From Candidatus Wallbacteria bacterium (GTDB lineage: Bacteria > Muiribacteriota > UBA9980): a stretch of DNA of 64,000 nt. Within the stretch, counting starts at the first letter, position 1. Each line of letters begins with the position of its first letter. The stretch is from the NCBI GenBank assembly GCA_041441465.1, contig JASDSY010000032.1, forward strand, positions 66,539-130,538, given 5' to 3'. The position numbers were made by a program, and so were the translations under genes. The notes beneath the pieces were generated by a model that did not search any database, was not told the DNA's origin, and saw only the letters and a program-made list of their open reading frames with translations. Shown one piece after another: positions 8,296 to 18,792 of the stretch.

Positions 8296-10425
8296 GTGAG
8301 GTATAAAGTGAACGTTCAATTCAAAAAAAGAAGATTTTTCTTCTTTCTTTTCTTTTTTCTATTTCTCGCGTTATTTTTATGCAGCCCGTTTTTGCCTTTT
8401 TTTAAAGATAATTATGCAATAGGCGTTTCGGCTGATTCTAAAAATTATATTGATGTCCTGAAGCTCAAGCTTAAAACCAGTGAAGAAAAAAATCATAAAA
8501 TCACTTCCGGTACTCCCGCAGTAAATGAAAAGCGGCAAGCCGAAGATGACGAAGATGATTCAGTTGACAAAAATGACGTTGAACCTTCAAAGACTGATTC
8601 GGAAAAGAATAAAATAATTGTCAAACAGGTGCCGGAAAATGCTAAAAATGTTAAACCTGAACGCCAGATAGCGACAATCGAGGTTATTTTAAACTCATCG
8701 AATGAAAGAATAAATAAGCTTTGGCAAAGCGTAAAGGATGTAAAAAAAGCCCCGGTAACTGTTCCGGGTCAGGCGGCAAACGAAAAAAAACAGGACTCTT
8801 CAAAAAATAATAATGCTGTCAAGACCGAAGTACCAGTTAAAAGTGCGGAAGTTAAAGCGGCTGAAAATAACGGTTCGCAAAATAAGATTATCGATGTTAA
8901 TGTAAGTTTAAATAAAGCGGCTGCGGACATAAAAAATGCAGTAAGGCAGCCGGCGCAAAATCCTGTTCAGGCTAACGGCAGCGCTAATAATAATAATAAT
9001 AACGTTATGACTCAGCCTGTTAATTCTCCTGCTGAATTATTAAAGCCAGCAGTTAAAACTGAAAATAAGTTATCAGCCGGCGAGTCATTCAGCGTGGTTA
9101 TAGATCCGGGCCATGGCGGAAAATATGAGCCTGCGAGAAATGAAAGCGGCGATCACTGGGATCCTTTTTCAAAGACATTTCTTCTGCCTTATAATTTCGG
9201 CGCAAGCGCTAACGGCCTTTTTGAACATGAATGGACTCTTCAGACCGCGAAGAAGGTTAAAGAGCTTTTAGCGCTTACTCAGACAGAAGAAGGATTTAAA
9301 GTATTTGCCCAAATTTTGAAAAAATATGATCCGTCAAATCAGAAAGGGTTTAAGTGGGTGAAAATCAGCTGTGATTTGACCCGCGAGTACAGCCATGATA
9401 ACGATCCTGACGCCGGTACGTCTAACATCAACAAAAAATACAGGCTTTTTGACAGCCCTGAATCGTTTGCCGGCGGCAAACCTTCTGAGAAGCTTGCGCT
9501 CGGAAGAATTTCATATATAAACCAGAAATCGCCGGACCTTGTTGTTTGTATCCATAATAATTCTAGCCCGTCTAAAAACGCGCGTGGCTATTCAGCTGTA
9601 ATTGCGCCGCATTTTAAGTTTTTTTCGAATGTCAACAGCGCGATCGCGATCGATCCGGCGCAGCTTGTAAAAAACGGCGGCGCTTCGATCAATATAAAAG
9701 ATCATAATTCCTTTGGAAAAGTTCAGTCTATTGTCCTTGATACATTTAAAACTATAAATAACATAAATGTTAAGACGATGGTTTCTGATACAGCCACTTA
9801 TTTTACGGGATTCCGCGCGTTCACCAACAAATTTATCGGCCTTCGCTATCTTATGGTGACATGGCGTTATAACACTCATTCGGCGTTAAGCTCGTTTGTA
9901 CTGTTTTTCATGAGGGAAAATTCGATTTATGAACAGTACAAAAGGGCCGGCGGTCCGGAGGGGCATGGCGGCGATAATTTTTATTCATCTGAAGAGCTGA
10001 TAAGGTTCATACGATATTCGCTCTGGAATGAGTATAAACAAAATCCTTCTATGTTCTGTCAGAAAATAGGCGACAGGTATCCTGATTCCGTAAAACCAGA
10101 TGAACTGCTTGGAAAACACGGCGATCCGTTTATATCGGATTGGGCTATCCCTTTGTATGTTAACGCGATTACCGCATTTATCGAAGTCGGCTATATTTCA
10201 AACGCAAAGGACCGTAAATTATTAAAAGGGCGCCAGGAAATGGTTGCCGAAGGCATCGCTGTGGGAATTTATTCTTTATTTGCCGGATTCAAACCTTCCG
10301 TCGATCCGGCTATTGAAATGCCTAAAGGCGCGCCGATAGATTTCGAAAAATACGGCCGCGATAAAAACTCGAACGGCTATTTTAATATATCGAGCGTACC
10401 GGTCGGCTTTAATGATAAATTTTAA
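8296..10425 (+). CDS. Large secreted amidase-like protein, paralog 2, with N/K-rich low-complexity linker
   Basis: 709 aa, GTG start, hydrophobic F/L-rich signal. Carries the same motif set as paralog 1 (IDPGHGGK, GDHWD, YNFGA, RLFDSPESF, LVVCIHNNSS, GGDNFY, FISDWAIP, NAKDR). An insert of ~250 aa is rich in K/N/E (NNNNNN run). Confidence 0.5.
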   Translation: MRYKVNVQFKKRRFFFFLFFFLFLALFLCSPFLPFFKDNYAIGVSADSKNYIDVLKLKLKTSEEKNHKITSGTPAVNEKRQAEDDEDDSVDKNDVEPSKTDSEKNKIIVKQVPENAKNVKPERQIATIEVILNSSNERINKLWQSVKDVKKAPVTVPGQAANEKKQDSSKNNNAVKTEVPVKSAEVKAAENNGSQNKIIDVNVSLNKAAADIKNAVRQPAQNPVQANGSANNNNNNVMTQPVNSPAELLKPAVKTENKLSAGESFSVVIDPGHGGKYEPARNESGDHWDPFSKTFLLPYNFGASANGLFEHEWTLQTAKKVKELLALTQTEEGFKVFAQILKKYDPSNQKGFKWVKISCDLTREYSHDNDPDAGTSNINKKYRLFDSPESFAGGKPSEKLALGRISYINQKSPDLVVCIHNNSSPSKNARGYSAVIAPHFKFFSNVNSAIAIDPAQLVKNGGASINIKDHNSFGKVQSIVLDTFKTINNINVKTMVSDTATYFTGFRAFTNKFIGLRYLMVTWRYNTHSALSSFVLFFMRENSIYEQYKRAGGPEGHGGDNFYSSEELIRFIRYSLWNEYKQNPSMFCQKIGDRYPDSVKPDELLGKHGDPFISDWAIPLYVNAITAFIEVGYISNAKDRKLLKGRQEMVAEGIAVGIYSLFAGFKPSVDPAIEMPKGAPIDFEKYGRDKNSNGYFNISSVPVGFNDKF

Positions 10426-10570
10426 ATTAGTTTTTGTGATATTGGCACTTTGGGAATATATAACGATGTAATAAAAAAATGCATCGGCTGGCATCTGTTT
10501 TGAAGTAATTGCGTTTGTTAATAATTGCCAGTGAGTATTTCGGTTTTAAAATAAAATATTCAGAAAAATA

Positions 10571-10615
10571 AAAAAGCGTTCTCAAATAAAACAATATTTG
10601 TGAACGCTTTTTTGT
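10571..10615. terminator. Bidirectional rho-independent terminator between convergent genes
   Basis: 10-bp stem aaaagcgttc/gaacgctttt, flanked by an A-run upstream and a T-run downstream. Lies between the amidase-like gene (+) and the phosphatase gene (-). Confidence 0.6.
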
Positions 10616-10828
10616 TTGTTTTTACTGCCGGCTGATAATGCATTGATTGTTATAAGTTAGTTAGGTTTTTTACAAATTCTCACGGAATAAATCATATTTA
10701 AGAACACTTTTAAAAAGTGTCTGCATATCTTTATGCCGATTGAATTATGAATTATGCGCGGCATTTTTACCGGAATTTTTATATGTTAATAAGAATTATA
10801 TAATTTAAAATACTGCAAGTTTTATGTT

Positions 10829-12259
10829 CTATTTCAGGTTTAACGCGGTTTTCATTATCGTGAATAAATCCGTGTTATGAATTAATCCTTTCAGCATTTC
10901 GGAGCCAGGGCCGGTGCCGTATAAGTAAATTGGTTCTGCCGTATGAGTGGCCCCGGTCCAGCCAGCCCTGAAGTATGTTCTCAATACAAAAGCGAGCGAG
11001 TGCAGGTATTCGTAAGTATAATTGTAAGGGTCCATTTTCTTTATCGAATCGGTTGCAACGATATTGGCTTCCTCATCGGTTAATTCGATTGACATGTATT
11101 TTTTTACGATTGCTTTAACATTTTCAGGAGTCGGATTCTTTTTTATTTTTTTCAAAATCGATTCGAACGAAGCTGTTACCTTTGAAACGGCTTCGAAATC
11201 CATGCCAATATATTCCTTATTTGTTTTACCATTGCCGATCATTGCGAAACCGCCGGTTTCGTGGTCAGATGTTACGATGATTAGCGTATCAGGATTGTTT
11301 TTGGCGAAATTAAGAGCTGCGCCGATTGCTTTGTCGAATGCCAGCACTTCGTGTATCATAGCTGCCGTGTCGTTTCTATGTGAAGCGTGGTCGATTCTGC
11401 CGCCTTCGATCATCGCGAAAAAGCCGTTTTTATTTTTGGATAAAACCTGGAGTGCTTTTTCTGTCATTTCGGCAAGAGACGGTTCTAAAGTTGCAGCTCT
11501 GTCGATTTCACTTGACATATTAGCCATATTGAATAATCCTAATATTTTTGAATTTGCAGGAGCGAGGTTCAATCCTTTGGAGGTTTCGACCACTGTATAG
11601 CCGTTGTTGCGTGCTTCGAGCATTAAATTGCGTCCGTCTTTGCGTTTGCCGTCGTCTTTTTTATCGTTATCTTTTTCTTTATTCTTTTCATCGATGTCTT
11701 TTGCGGTTTTAGGCAGAAAAAACTGCTTTCTGCCGCCCATTAAAACGTCAATGCCAAGCGCGAGCTGCTGTTCGGCTATTTTTTCTTCGTCGTAACGGCT
11801 TGGGACATGCGCTGAAAAACCGCCCGGCGTAGCGTCAGTAATTCCTGACGTCGTTACCAGGCCGACAGACAATCCTTTTTCTTTTGCCATTTCGAGAATG
11901 GTTTTTACAGGCGTCTTTCCGTCCTCTGCTATGCTTAATGAACGGGCGTACATTTTTTGCCCCGTGGCTATCTGGCCGGCTGCTGCCGCTGATTCGGTAA
12001 CTGTAGAATCGGCCGTATCGTTAATAAGGTATGCGGTATGGCCGTTATTCATAGCGTTTACCATGTTGAGTTCCTGCTTTAATATTTTCTGGCTGTATAA
12101 CTGAGCCGCCCTGAAATGACTTGGGCCGAATCCATCGCCGATCAATAAAATAACATTTTTCGCCCCGGCAAAATCTTTGCCGAATCCGCTGTCCGCAGGA
12201 TAGATGATTAAGGTTGATAAAAATAACATTGCTAAAATAAAACTCGAGAATTTTTTCAT
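10829..12259 (-). CDS. phoA: Alkaline phosphatase (PhoA family), secreted
   Basis: 476 aa with signal peptide. Motifs 'VILLIGDGFGPS' (metal-site Asp, Gly-rich), 'DSTVTESAAAAGQIATG' (active-site Ser region; compare DSAASATA), and 'TSDHETGG' / 'DHASH' metal ligands. Confidence 0.8.
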   Translation of the reverse strand: MKKFSSFILAMLFLSTLIIYPADSGFGKDFAGAKNVILLIGDGFGPSHFRAAQLYSQKILKQELNMVNAMNNGHTAYLINDTADSTVTESAAAAGQIATGQKMYARSLSIAEDGKTPVKTILEMAKEKGLSVGLVTTSGITDATPGGFSAHVPSRYDEEKIAEQQLALGIDVLMGGRKQFFLPKTAKDIDEKNKEKDNDKKDDGKRKDGRNLMLEARNNGYTVVETSKGLNLAPANSKILGLFNMANMSSEIDRAATLEPSLAEMTEKALQVLSKNKNGFFAMIEGGRIDHASHRNDTAAMIHEVLAFDKAIGAALNFAKNNPDTLIIVTSDHETGGFAMIGNGKTNKEYIGMDFEAVSKVTASFESILKKIKKNPTPENVKAIVKKYMSIELTDEEANIVATDSIKKMDPYNYTYEYLHSLAFVLRTYFRAGWTGATHTAEPIYLYGTGPGSEMLKGLIHNTDLFTIMKTALNLK

Positions 12260-12777
12260 TGGTCCTCCTGTATTATATTAAACTTATTAGAGAAATAAAT
12301 TACAAATTAATTTCAGAATTTTTATATTCTGTAATTTGGAAAAATTAATTTGGAAAAAATAAAGAATAAATGTAAAAGACCGATTTGAACAGTTATAAAT
12401 TAGGTTTCGGCTATTATTTACGCATTAATTTGAAACCGGTACATAACACGAACACTTATTTAAGTTAAAATATTATATCAATAAAAAATTAAAATGTAAA
12501 ATAATTTTAAAAGCAGCTTGCGTTTTTGTTGAAATTACCATTTTAATTTAATGTTTTAAAAGCAGTTTTAATCTGCTTTTTTATTTTTCTTTTCGGAGTA
12601 ATGTGATATACTATAATTATACATGACTGGATTAGTAATATTACGGCATTAGTATTATGTTGGTTAATTTTATGGACTTAATAACTATATTTTGGCCGTT
12701 AAAATTTAAAACAGCAAATGGCAATGATTGTTTTAATAATTAAATTTGCCGTTTTTTGATCATTATAGGAGGCGCGT

Positions 12778-14055
12778 ATGTATCTGGAAAGAAAATCATC
12801 GCTGTGCTTTATTTTTATTATTATGCTTATGTCTTGTTTTTTTATCATGCCGCAATCTTGTATAGCCGCGGCAGAAATGGAAGACTGCGGTGACGATCCG
12901 GCTTTAGGTAAGATACTTGTCTCTGATCATGCGCCCTATGACGGTCTGGATTCGTATGAATGTTCAATTAATGAATTTATATTCAGTATGCCGGAATTAA
13001 AATCATGGGAAATTTCAGGTGATACGATCGAGGCGCTTGGTGCTGCCAGGCGCATTGAAAAGTCAGCCGTGAAAAATCTGCCGGCCGAAACTCAGGAAGA
13101 TTCTTTGGTTACCCTTTATTATGAAGGTATTTCAGTCGCGGTCTACACGGAGAAAAAATCGGACAGAAAATTCGCCGATACTATTGTTATTTCAAAGCCG
13201 GGTTATCCCTTAAAATTTGGCATTAAAATAGGCTCCTCTAAAAAAGATATTGAAGCGGTGTTCGGCCTGCCTTTTAAATATAATATCATAAAAAAAGGCG
13301 GAAATGAGATATGGCGTTACGAGACTGTCGAATCGCCGGCGAATGTTTATAACGAAACTCCGATTTGTGAAGGCGCGTTTGTCGAATTTCATTTCAATAA
13401 AAATATAATGGAAAAAGTCGTTTTTAATTACCATCACTACAATCTTTACCTTGTATTAACGGGCCGTGATAATTTTCGCGGCCATAAATTTCTCGAAAAA
13501 TACCGGCTGAGAAATTTTACCGATAAGATTACAAGCGGCGAATTCGGTATTTCTATTAAATTAAATAACAATAAAATTAAATCATTCCAAAATGTAAAAG
13601 ATTACGGCGAGCCTTACTGTTCGTATACTTTTTGCGGGTTTCTTGAAAAAATCAATTATTACGTCATTCTTGTTACTTATTTCGAAGGATTCGAATATAT
13701 AATGGTGAATGCGGAAAACGGCCTTGAATTTAAAATACCGGCACCGCCGAGAATTTCGCCCGACTTGAAACGTTTAGTATCGGTATCGGCCGATGTGGCA
13801 TACAATTTTAACGGAATACAGGTATGGCAAATAAACAAAAACAGCCTGAAAAAGGACTGGGAAGAAGAATCTGCCGCTTTATACACATTCCGCGGCTGGG
13901 ACGGGCCGTTAAAATTTCGGGTCTGCGCTCCGGAACAAATCGAGAATTCAGATAAAACCTTTAAAAATGTCATAAATTATTATATTGTAAAAAAATCAGG
14001 CAAACGCTGGGTTATTGAAAAGGAAAAGACTATTGAAAATAATGAGCAGATGTGA
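12778..14055 (+). CDS. Hypothetical secreted protein
   Basis: 425 aa with N-terminal hydrophobic signal (CFIFIIMLMSCFFIMPQSCIAAA). No motif I recognise. Confidence 0.35.
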   Translation: MYLERKSSLCFIFIIMLMSCFFIMPQSCIAAAEMEDCGDDPALGKILVSDHAPYDGLDSYECSINEFIFSMPELKSWEISGDTIEALGAARRIEKSAVKNLPAETQEDSLVTLYYEGISVAVYTEKKSDRKFADTIVISKPGYPLKFGIKIGSSKKDIEAVFGLPFKYNIIKKGGNEIWRYETVESPANVYNETPICEGAFVEFHFNKNIMEKVVFNYHHYNLYLVLTGRDNFRGHKFLEKYRLRNFTDKITSGEFGISIKLNNNKIKSFQNVKDYGEPYCSYTFCGFLEKINYYVILVTYFEGFEYIMVNAENGLEFKIPAPPRISPDLKRLVSVSADVAYNFNGIQVWQINKNSLKKDWEEESAALYTFRGWDGPLKFRVCAPEQIENSDKTFKNVINYYIVKKSGKRWVIEKEKTIENNEQM

Positions 14056-14356
14056 ATTAAAAATGAATTTTAAGAATCCGCTGTAAATTTTTTATTATTC
14101 CGAGAGTGAGAATTCTTGTTACTAAAGTACTTCTTGAAATTAAGTTTGATATGTGATAAATTACTAAACAAAAATATCAAATTCCGAGGCAATATTTTTG
14201 AAAAATATTGAAAAATCTTCGCCAAATGGTCTAAATTTCAATGTTTTTTCGGATAAACCAATTGTCGTATCAGTGCCGCGACAATTAAATTGAATACATG
14301 AAAATTTAATATACTTTTAAGTTCATGTATCATTATTATTTGGAAGGAGAGTTAAA

Positions 14357-14869
14357 ATGGAATTATCTAACATGGTTCAAAAATTGCAAAATTTAGGACT
14401 TGAGTATGGTGTTATGTTTGTTACTGCGGCGGTCATATTTTTATTTGGGTTGTGGCTTGCGCGCTTCATATCTAAAATGACTGAAAAAGCTATGTTGAAG
14501 GCGAATATTGACGCTACTCTTTCCATGTTTACCGGAAATATAGTTTATTTTATCGTAATGATATTTATGGTGATGGCTGTTTTAGCCCGCCTCGGAATTC
14601 AAACCGCCTCATTCGTGGCAGTCATGGGCGCGGCCGGTCTCGCTATAAGCCTCGCGCTCCAGGGAACTCTGTCAAACGTTGCGTCGGGCGTTCTGCTCAT
14701 ACTTTTCAGGCCGTTCAAAGTCGGCGATAAAATTAAGGTCGTAGGCTTCGAGGGTACAGTCAAAGAAATCCAGGTATTTTCAACTATCCTTCATTCAACT
14801 GACAATAAAAGAGTAATTATACCTAATTCAAAAATTACCGGCGATATTATCATAAACGACACTATTTAA
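14357..14869 (+). CDS. MscS-family mechanosensitive channel, C-terminally truncated
   Basis: 170 aa with three TM helices and the start of the MscS beta-domain (FRPFKVGDKIKV...GTVKEIQVFSTILHSTDNKRVIIPNSKI). Stops ~110 aa short of a normal MscS. Confidence 0.55.
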   Translation: MELSNMVQKLQNLGLEYGVMFVTAAVIFLFGLWLARFISKMTEKAMLKANIDATLSMFTGNIVYFIVMIFMVMAVLARLGIQTASFVAVMGAAGLAISLALQGTLSNVASGVLLILFRPFKVGDKIKVVGFEGTVKEIQVFSTILHSTDNKRVIIPNSKITGDIIINDTI

Positions 14870-14936
14870 TTATGAGCATAAATTCATAATTAATGAAAAT
14901 TAAAATTAATATTGGGACCGGCTAATAAACCTCGTA

Positions 14937-14970
14937 AATTGCTATATTATGAAATTATAATATAGCAATT
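14937..14970. repeat. Perfect 14-bp inverted repeat (aattgctatattat-N6-ataatatagcaatt)
   Basis: Seen directly in the sequence, 68 bp after the stop of the truncated MscS ORF. Confidence 0.6.
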
Positions 14971-15623
14971 TTAATAAAATAATAGTCCAAATTTTTAGAA
15001 AATCATTTAACTGAAAAAAATTTTGATTATTAGACAGACTTAATTGCTTTTTTTAATATAAAAATCCAAGTGCCGCTTTGTATTCATAGCCTTTTACAAG
15101 AAAATCCATGATTTCTTTTTTCGAAAATTCCGACTCGCTGATATCCGGATTATACATATCAAGCCCCATATCTTCCCTTTTACACATAAATTTTGAAGTT
15201 TCGGCATTATAATAAAAAGTTTCATATCCGGCCGAGTAATGCCCTAATTTAAGTGACTTTCCATTTCTTAGCATCTTGATAATTTTTTCCGCTTCAGTTA
15301 TTTTCATTAAAATCTCCGTAGTTAAAAAGTTTCGACCGCGTAAACTCGAGGCCCTCTTGAATAAATCAGGCGGTTGTTTGGGCCGTTTTTATAAAATTGT
15401 CATATTTTTCAATATACTAAAACAGTTAAAATTAGTCAATAAATATTTAATTATTCTTTTTTAATAAGCGGTTTAAAAAAAATATCATCTTGTTATTTAT
15501 TCAGGGTAACTTTTTCTTATTATTATTGATATAATGACTAATAAAAATGATAAATGATAAATTGACATTTTATAGGAATTATATTAAACTTATTTAGTCT
15601 TGATTAAATAAATTTTTTTATGT

Positions 15624-16544
15624 TTGAAGGAGTTTAAAATGCCATATTTAAAATTTATCCCGGCGTTTTTATTGACGGGATTTTTATCTTTGTTTTTATT
15701 ATCCGAAGTATCTCAGGCCGGGCAGAATGAAAAATTTGAAAAATCAGAAAAAATGTCGACTAATGAAAATCAGCTTATTAAATGCGTTGATCATATATTA
15801 TTGACTCCGGGACCGCAAAAATCAAAAGTGTTATATGATTTTTTTTGCGGCCAATTAGGACTGCCGCCGGCGTGGCCTTATAAAAATTACGGAGCATTTT
15901 CTTCAGGCGCGGTTTATTTCGGCAATGTTTCTCTCGAAACGATCGATTATGACCAGATGACCGGTGATGAGCCTAAAATAGCAGGTATCGCTTTTGAACC
16001 GGCCATGAAAACACCTGTTTTAATTGCCGCTCTGGAAAAACAAAAAATACCTTTTGACGCTCCGAAACCTTTTGAATTAAATTTTGGCAATGCCGTCCAT
16101 AATTTATGGACATCCACTTATCTTAAAGATTTGCTTCCAGGCAGCCAGATATTTTTTTGTGAATATCACATGTTTGTTCCGGCGGAACAGCGCGTTAAAC
16201 TCAATGAAAAATTCGCGGCGTGCGGCGGCGGCAAATTAAAAGTAAAAAATATAAAGGAAATTGTTATTTCCGTTAAAAATCCGGAATCTGAAATTACGAA
16301 ATGGAACGCCATAGCAGCTCCTCATAAAGCCGATTCCGGAAATAAAATAGAACTCGGCGAAGGGCCGGCTCTGAGGTTTATAAAAGGTCCCGAAAATAAA
16401 ATCAAGTCTTTGACCGTTAAAGTCGATTCGCTCGAAAAAATAATGCCGCTGCTTCAGGAGCTTAAGTTATCGGGCAAAGAAACAACGGCCGGCGTTGAGT
16501 TAAACAGCGAAAAAACATTCGGGGTCAGTATTACTCTTGAATAA
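15624..16544 (+). CDS. Hypothetical secreted protein
   Basis: 306 aa with signal peptide (FLLTGFLSLFLLSEVSQA). Preceded by RBS gaaggag. No recognised domain. Confidence 0.35.
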   Translation: MKEFKMPYLKFIPAFLLTGFLSLFLLSEVSQAGQNEKFEKSEKMSTNENQLIKCVDHILLTPGPQKSKVLYDFFCGQLGLPPAWPYKNYGAFSSGAVYFGNVSLETIDYDQMTGDEPKIAGIAFEPAMKTPVLIAALEKQKIPFDAPKPFELNFGNAVHNLWTSTYLKDLLPGSQIFFCEYHMFVPAEQRVKLNEKFAACGGGKLKVKNIKEIVISVKNPESEITKWNAIAAPHKADSGNKIELGEGPALRFIKGPENKIKSLTVKVDSLEKIMPLLQELKLSGKETTAGVELNSEKTFGVSITLE

Positions 16545-16748
16545 AGTTAAGGCTTGAAATTTAAACACGGTCATTTTTAAGCCTTAATTAACTAAATTTG
16601 ACGGGTGAAAAAGCTGGAATTAAATTAATTCATTGGAAAATAAAATTTAAAATACTCTATAAAGTGAAAATATGAAAGGCCGCTTCGAAAATGTTTTCGG
16701 CGGCCTTTTTTATAGTTTATATCCGTTAGGGTTTGCTTAAAATTTTTA

Positions 16749-18692
16749 CTACATTTTAGGAATTGTTACCGTAACTCCTTTTCTGGCGTCATTATAGGAT
16801 TTATTGAATGTCGGGTCTTTTCCGAAATGGTCGTCGTATGGAAATCCATAAACTAACTTATCTATGGACAGGTCGTGGAGTATTTTAGAGTATAAATTGT
16901 ATTTGCCAGCATTTTGAACCGTAGTTTTATAAAAATTATCGGAATTACTCCAGTCGGAATCGCAGAAAACTCCGCGGTTAATTGCTGCCGTGATGCAGGC
17001 GTGAAGGTTTTTCTGAGCTTCCGTTCCTGAATTTTGAAGAGGCGCACCGTCGCAGTCCCAGATTACTTTGCTGCTTGGCTTTGACGTTATGTCGTAAGAG
17101 TCATTTACATTACTTTTACTGCCTCTGGCCACCGTGACTACGAAATGGCCTTTCAAGCTTGTTTCTTCGGTAATGACTCTGCCTTCATAATTCCAGCCGC
17201 TGTAAGAAAATTTGAGCTTATTATTTGAGTAATATTCCCAGCCGTTATCTATAGCCTTAGAAAAATAATTACTGAGCGAGTCAATTTGCTTTGGCGCCAT
17301 TACTCTCATGAATTTTTGGCTGCCGTCTTTTATGACGCAATTTTTCCAATCGGCGTCCGTTATTTTTTCGAAAGCGTCCTGGATATCTTTGTTATTGACT
17401 ATATTGAAGCCTTTTTCCTTGTTGTCTGAATTGAATTTCAGCTTGAACCCTATGCTCAAATAGTCGACAAGCGTAGTATTTAATGTTACAAGCGAGCCGT
17501 TGCAGGTAAGTTCGATCTTGTCGAATATCACATTTTTATAATTACCCATGTGGTCAGGCTGGATGAGTTTTTTTGTATCGCCGTCGGCGATTCCGAATAC
17601 GCCTTTGGTTTTGAAAAACATCCATAATCTTCCGCCGTACATATTTTTAAACGGGTGTATGTATTGGAATGTATTTTCCTTAGTCGAGTCAAGGTCGCTT
17701 AATGAGAAGCAAAATTTTTCGCCGGTCGGATTAGCCGCGGCTGAAACCATATCTTTGGTCCCTTTCTGGTCAAGGTAATAATAATTTCCGCTCTGGTCCT
17801 GCCCTATTACTGCAAGGTATATTTCTTCGGTCTTATATCCCGAATTATTGACAAGTGTTACGGGAAATCCGTCGACAACGGGCGTACCTTTTAAAATGAC
17901 GTGCGTTATTTCGCCTGCGGAAGCTACTACGTTGCCGGCCGATTCAAAATTATATCCTGCCTTTTCGGCTGTGATACTGTGGGCTTGCCCTAAAGCTGCG
18001 CCTTTAAAAAATGTCATGCCGTTATCCGATGTTTTCGCGGCTGTCCAGTCTATAACGCCTGTTTCCGGATTTGAATTGCCCCTTGAATCATACGCCGCCG
18101 CGGTGCTGCCGCTTTTTTTCAGTTCCACGGCAATCGATTCGTCCTCGCCGCCGTGCGAAAGGAATGGATACGCGTCCGAGTAAACGGTGATGTAAGCTTT
18201 GGCAGGATCGTAGTCGGAGCCGGTGAGGTTTTTCCATTCGGCTTGTGTAAATTGAGCAATGCTATGCTGCGTATCGGAAGTAATCTGAAAACTTGTCGAT
18301 ATTGGAATAACTCCCGTACCTGAAGTGATGAGCCTGTATTTGCCGGCGTATATGCCGGTGAAGCTGTAATTGCCGTTTTGATCAGTCGTAGTTCGTGAGG
18401 AAAAAAATGAAGGTGATTTTAATGCCGGAGCTTTTGATGAAATTTCAGCCGTCATGTCCGGGATAAGGTCGCATATTATATTTGCAAGTGGGGCTTTGGT
18501 GCCGGGACTTATTATCGTTCCGTTTATTGTGTATGTCGGAATAATGGTCGCCGAGTTATCACCGTTTAAAAGGCTGCCGCAGCCTGAAATTACGAATAAA
18601 AATCCCGGCAGAATACTAAAAATTGCCATTATTGCAAGCGTTAGTTTTAATGATGGATAACTGGCTAAAAGGTTTTTAATTTCACTTTTCAT
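16749..18692 (-). CDS. Secreted protein: N-terminal carboxypeptidase-regulatory-like beta-sandwich domain(s) plus C-terminal putative beta-1,3-glucanase (GH64/thaumatin-like) domain
   Basis: 647 aa with signal/TM anchor. 'GNYSFTGIYAGKYRLITSG' is a typical CarboxypepD_reg motif. The C-terminal ~400 aa is rich in aromatic residues and Cys pairs (DCDGAPLQN...HACITAAINRG, YGFPYDDHFG). The family call is from memory only. Confidence 0.3.
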   Translation of the reverse strand: MKSEIKNLLASYPSLKLTLAIMAIFSILPGFLFVISGCGSLLNGDNSATIIPTYTINGTIISPGTKAPLANIICDLIPDMTAEISSKAPALKSPSFFSSRTTTDQNGNYSFTGIYAGKYRLITSGTGVIPISTSFQITSDTQHSIAQFTQAEWKNLTGSDYDPAKAYITVYSDAYPFLSHGGEDESIAVELKKSGSTAAAYDSRGNSNPETGVIDWTAAKTSDNGMTFFKGAALGQAHSITAEKAGYNFESAGNVVASAGEITHVILKGTPVVDGFPVTLVNNSGYKTEEIYLAVIGQDQSGNYYYLDQKGTKDMVSAAANPTGEKFCFSLSDLDSTKENTFQYIHPFKNMYGGRLWMFFKTKGVFGIADGDTKKLIQPDHMGNYKNVIFDKIELTCNGSLVTLNTTLVDYLSIGFKLKFNSDNKEKGFNIVNNKDIQDAFEKITDADWKNCVIKDGSQKFMRVMAPKQIDSLSNYFSKAIDNGWEYYSNNKLKFSYSGWNYEGRVITEETSLKGHFVVTVARGSKSNVNDSYDITSKPSSKVIWDCDGAPLQNSGTEAQKNLHACITAAINRGVFCDSDWSNSDNFYKTTVQNAGKYNLYSKILHDLSIDKLVYGFPYDDHFGKDPTFNKSYNDARKGVTVTIPKM

Positions 18693-18792
18693 ATTTTTTC
18701 CTCTTGTTATTTATTTATTTTGTTAATCGTATCAGGCAGTGACTACGTTTATTAATAGAATTATGCTTTTGAATAAAAATTATCACCGTTGA

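Noticed and set aside
8330-8400. Poly-F/L stretch (FFFFLFFFLFLALFL) and an N/K run (around 8990-9000) in the second amidase-like gene, considered as possible slippery or phase-variable tracts
   Set aside because: These are a hydrophobic signal sequence and a low-complexity linker at the protein level, not long homopolymeric nucleotide runs. There is no evidence of phase variation.
12260-12777. 520-bp AT-rich ORF-free region with short direct repeats (aatttggaaaaa x2), considered as a possible ncRNA or CRISPR-like array
   Set aside because: There are only two short repeat copies with no regular spacer structure and no recognisable RNA motif. It is most likely promoter or intergenic DNA for the divergent flanking genes.
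15053-15307. 84-aa minus-strand ORF (MKITEAEKIIKMLRNGKSLKLGHYSAGYETFYYNAETSKF...)
   Set aside because: It could be a genuine small protein, since the composition is plausible and the region is ORF-free on the other strand. I recognise no domain or motif, so it stays a hypothetical ORF and is not listed as a feature.
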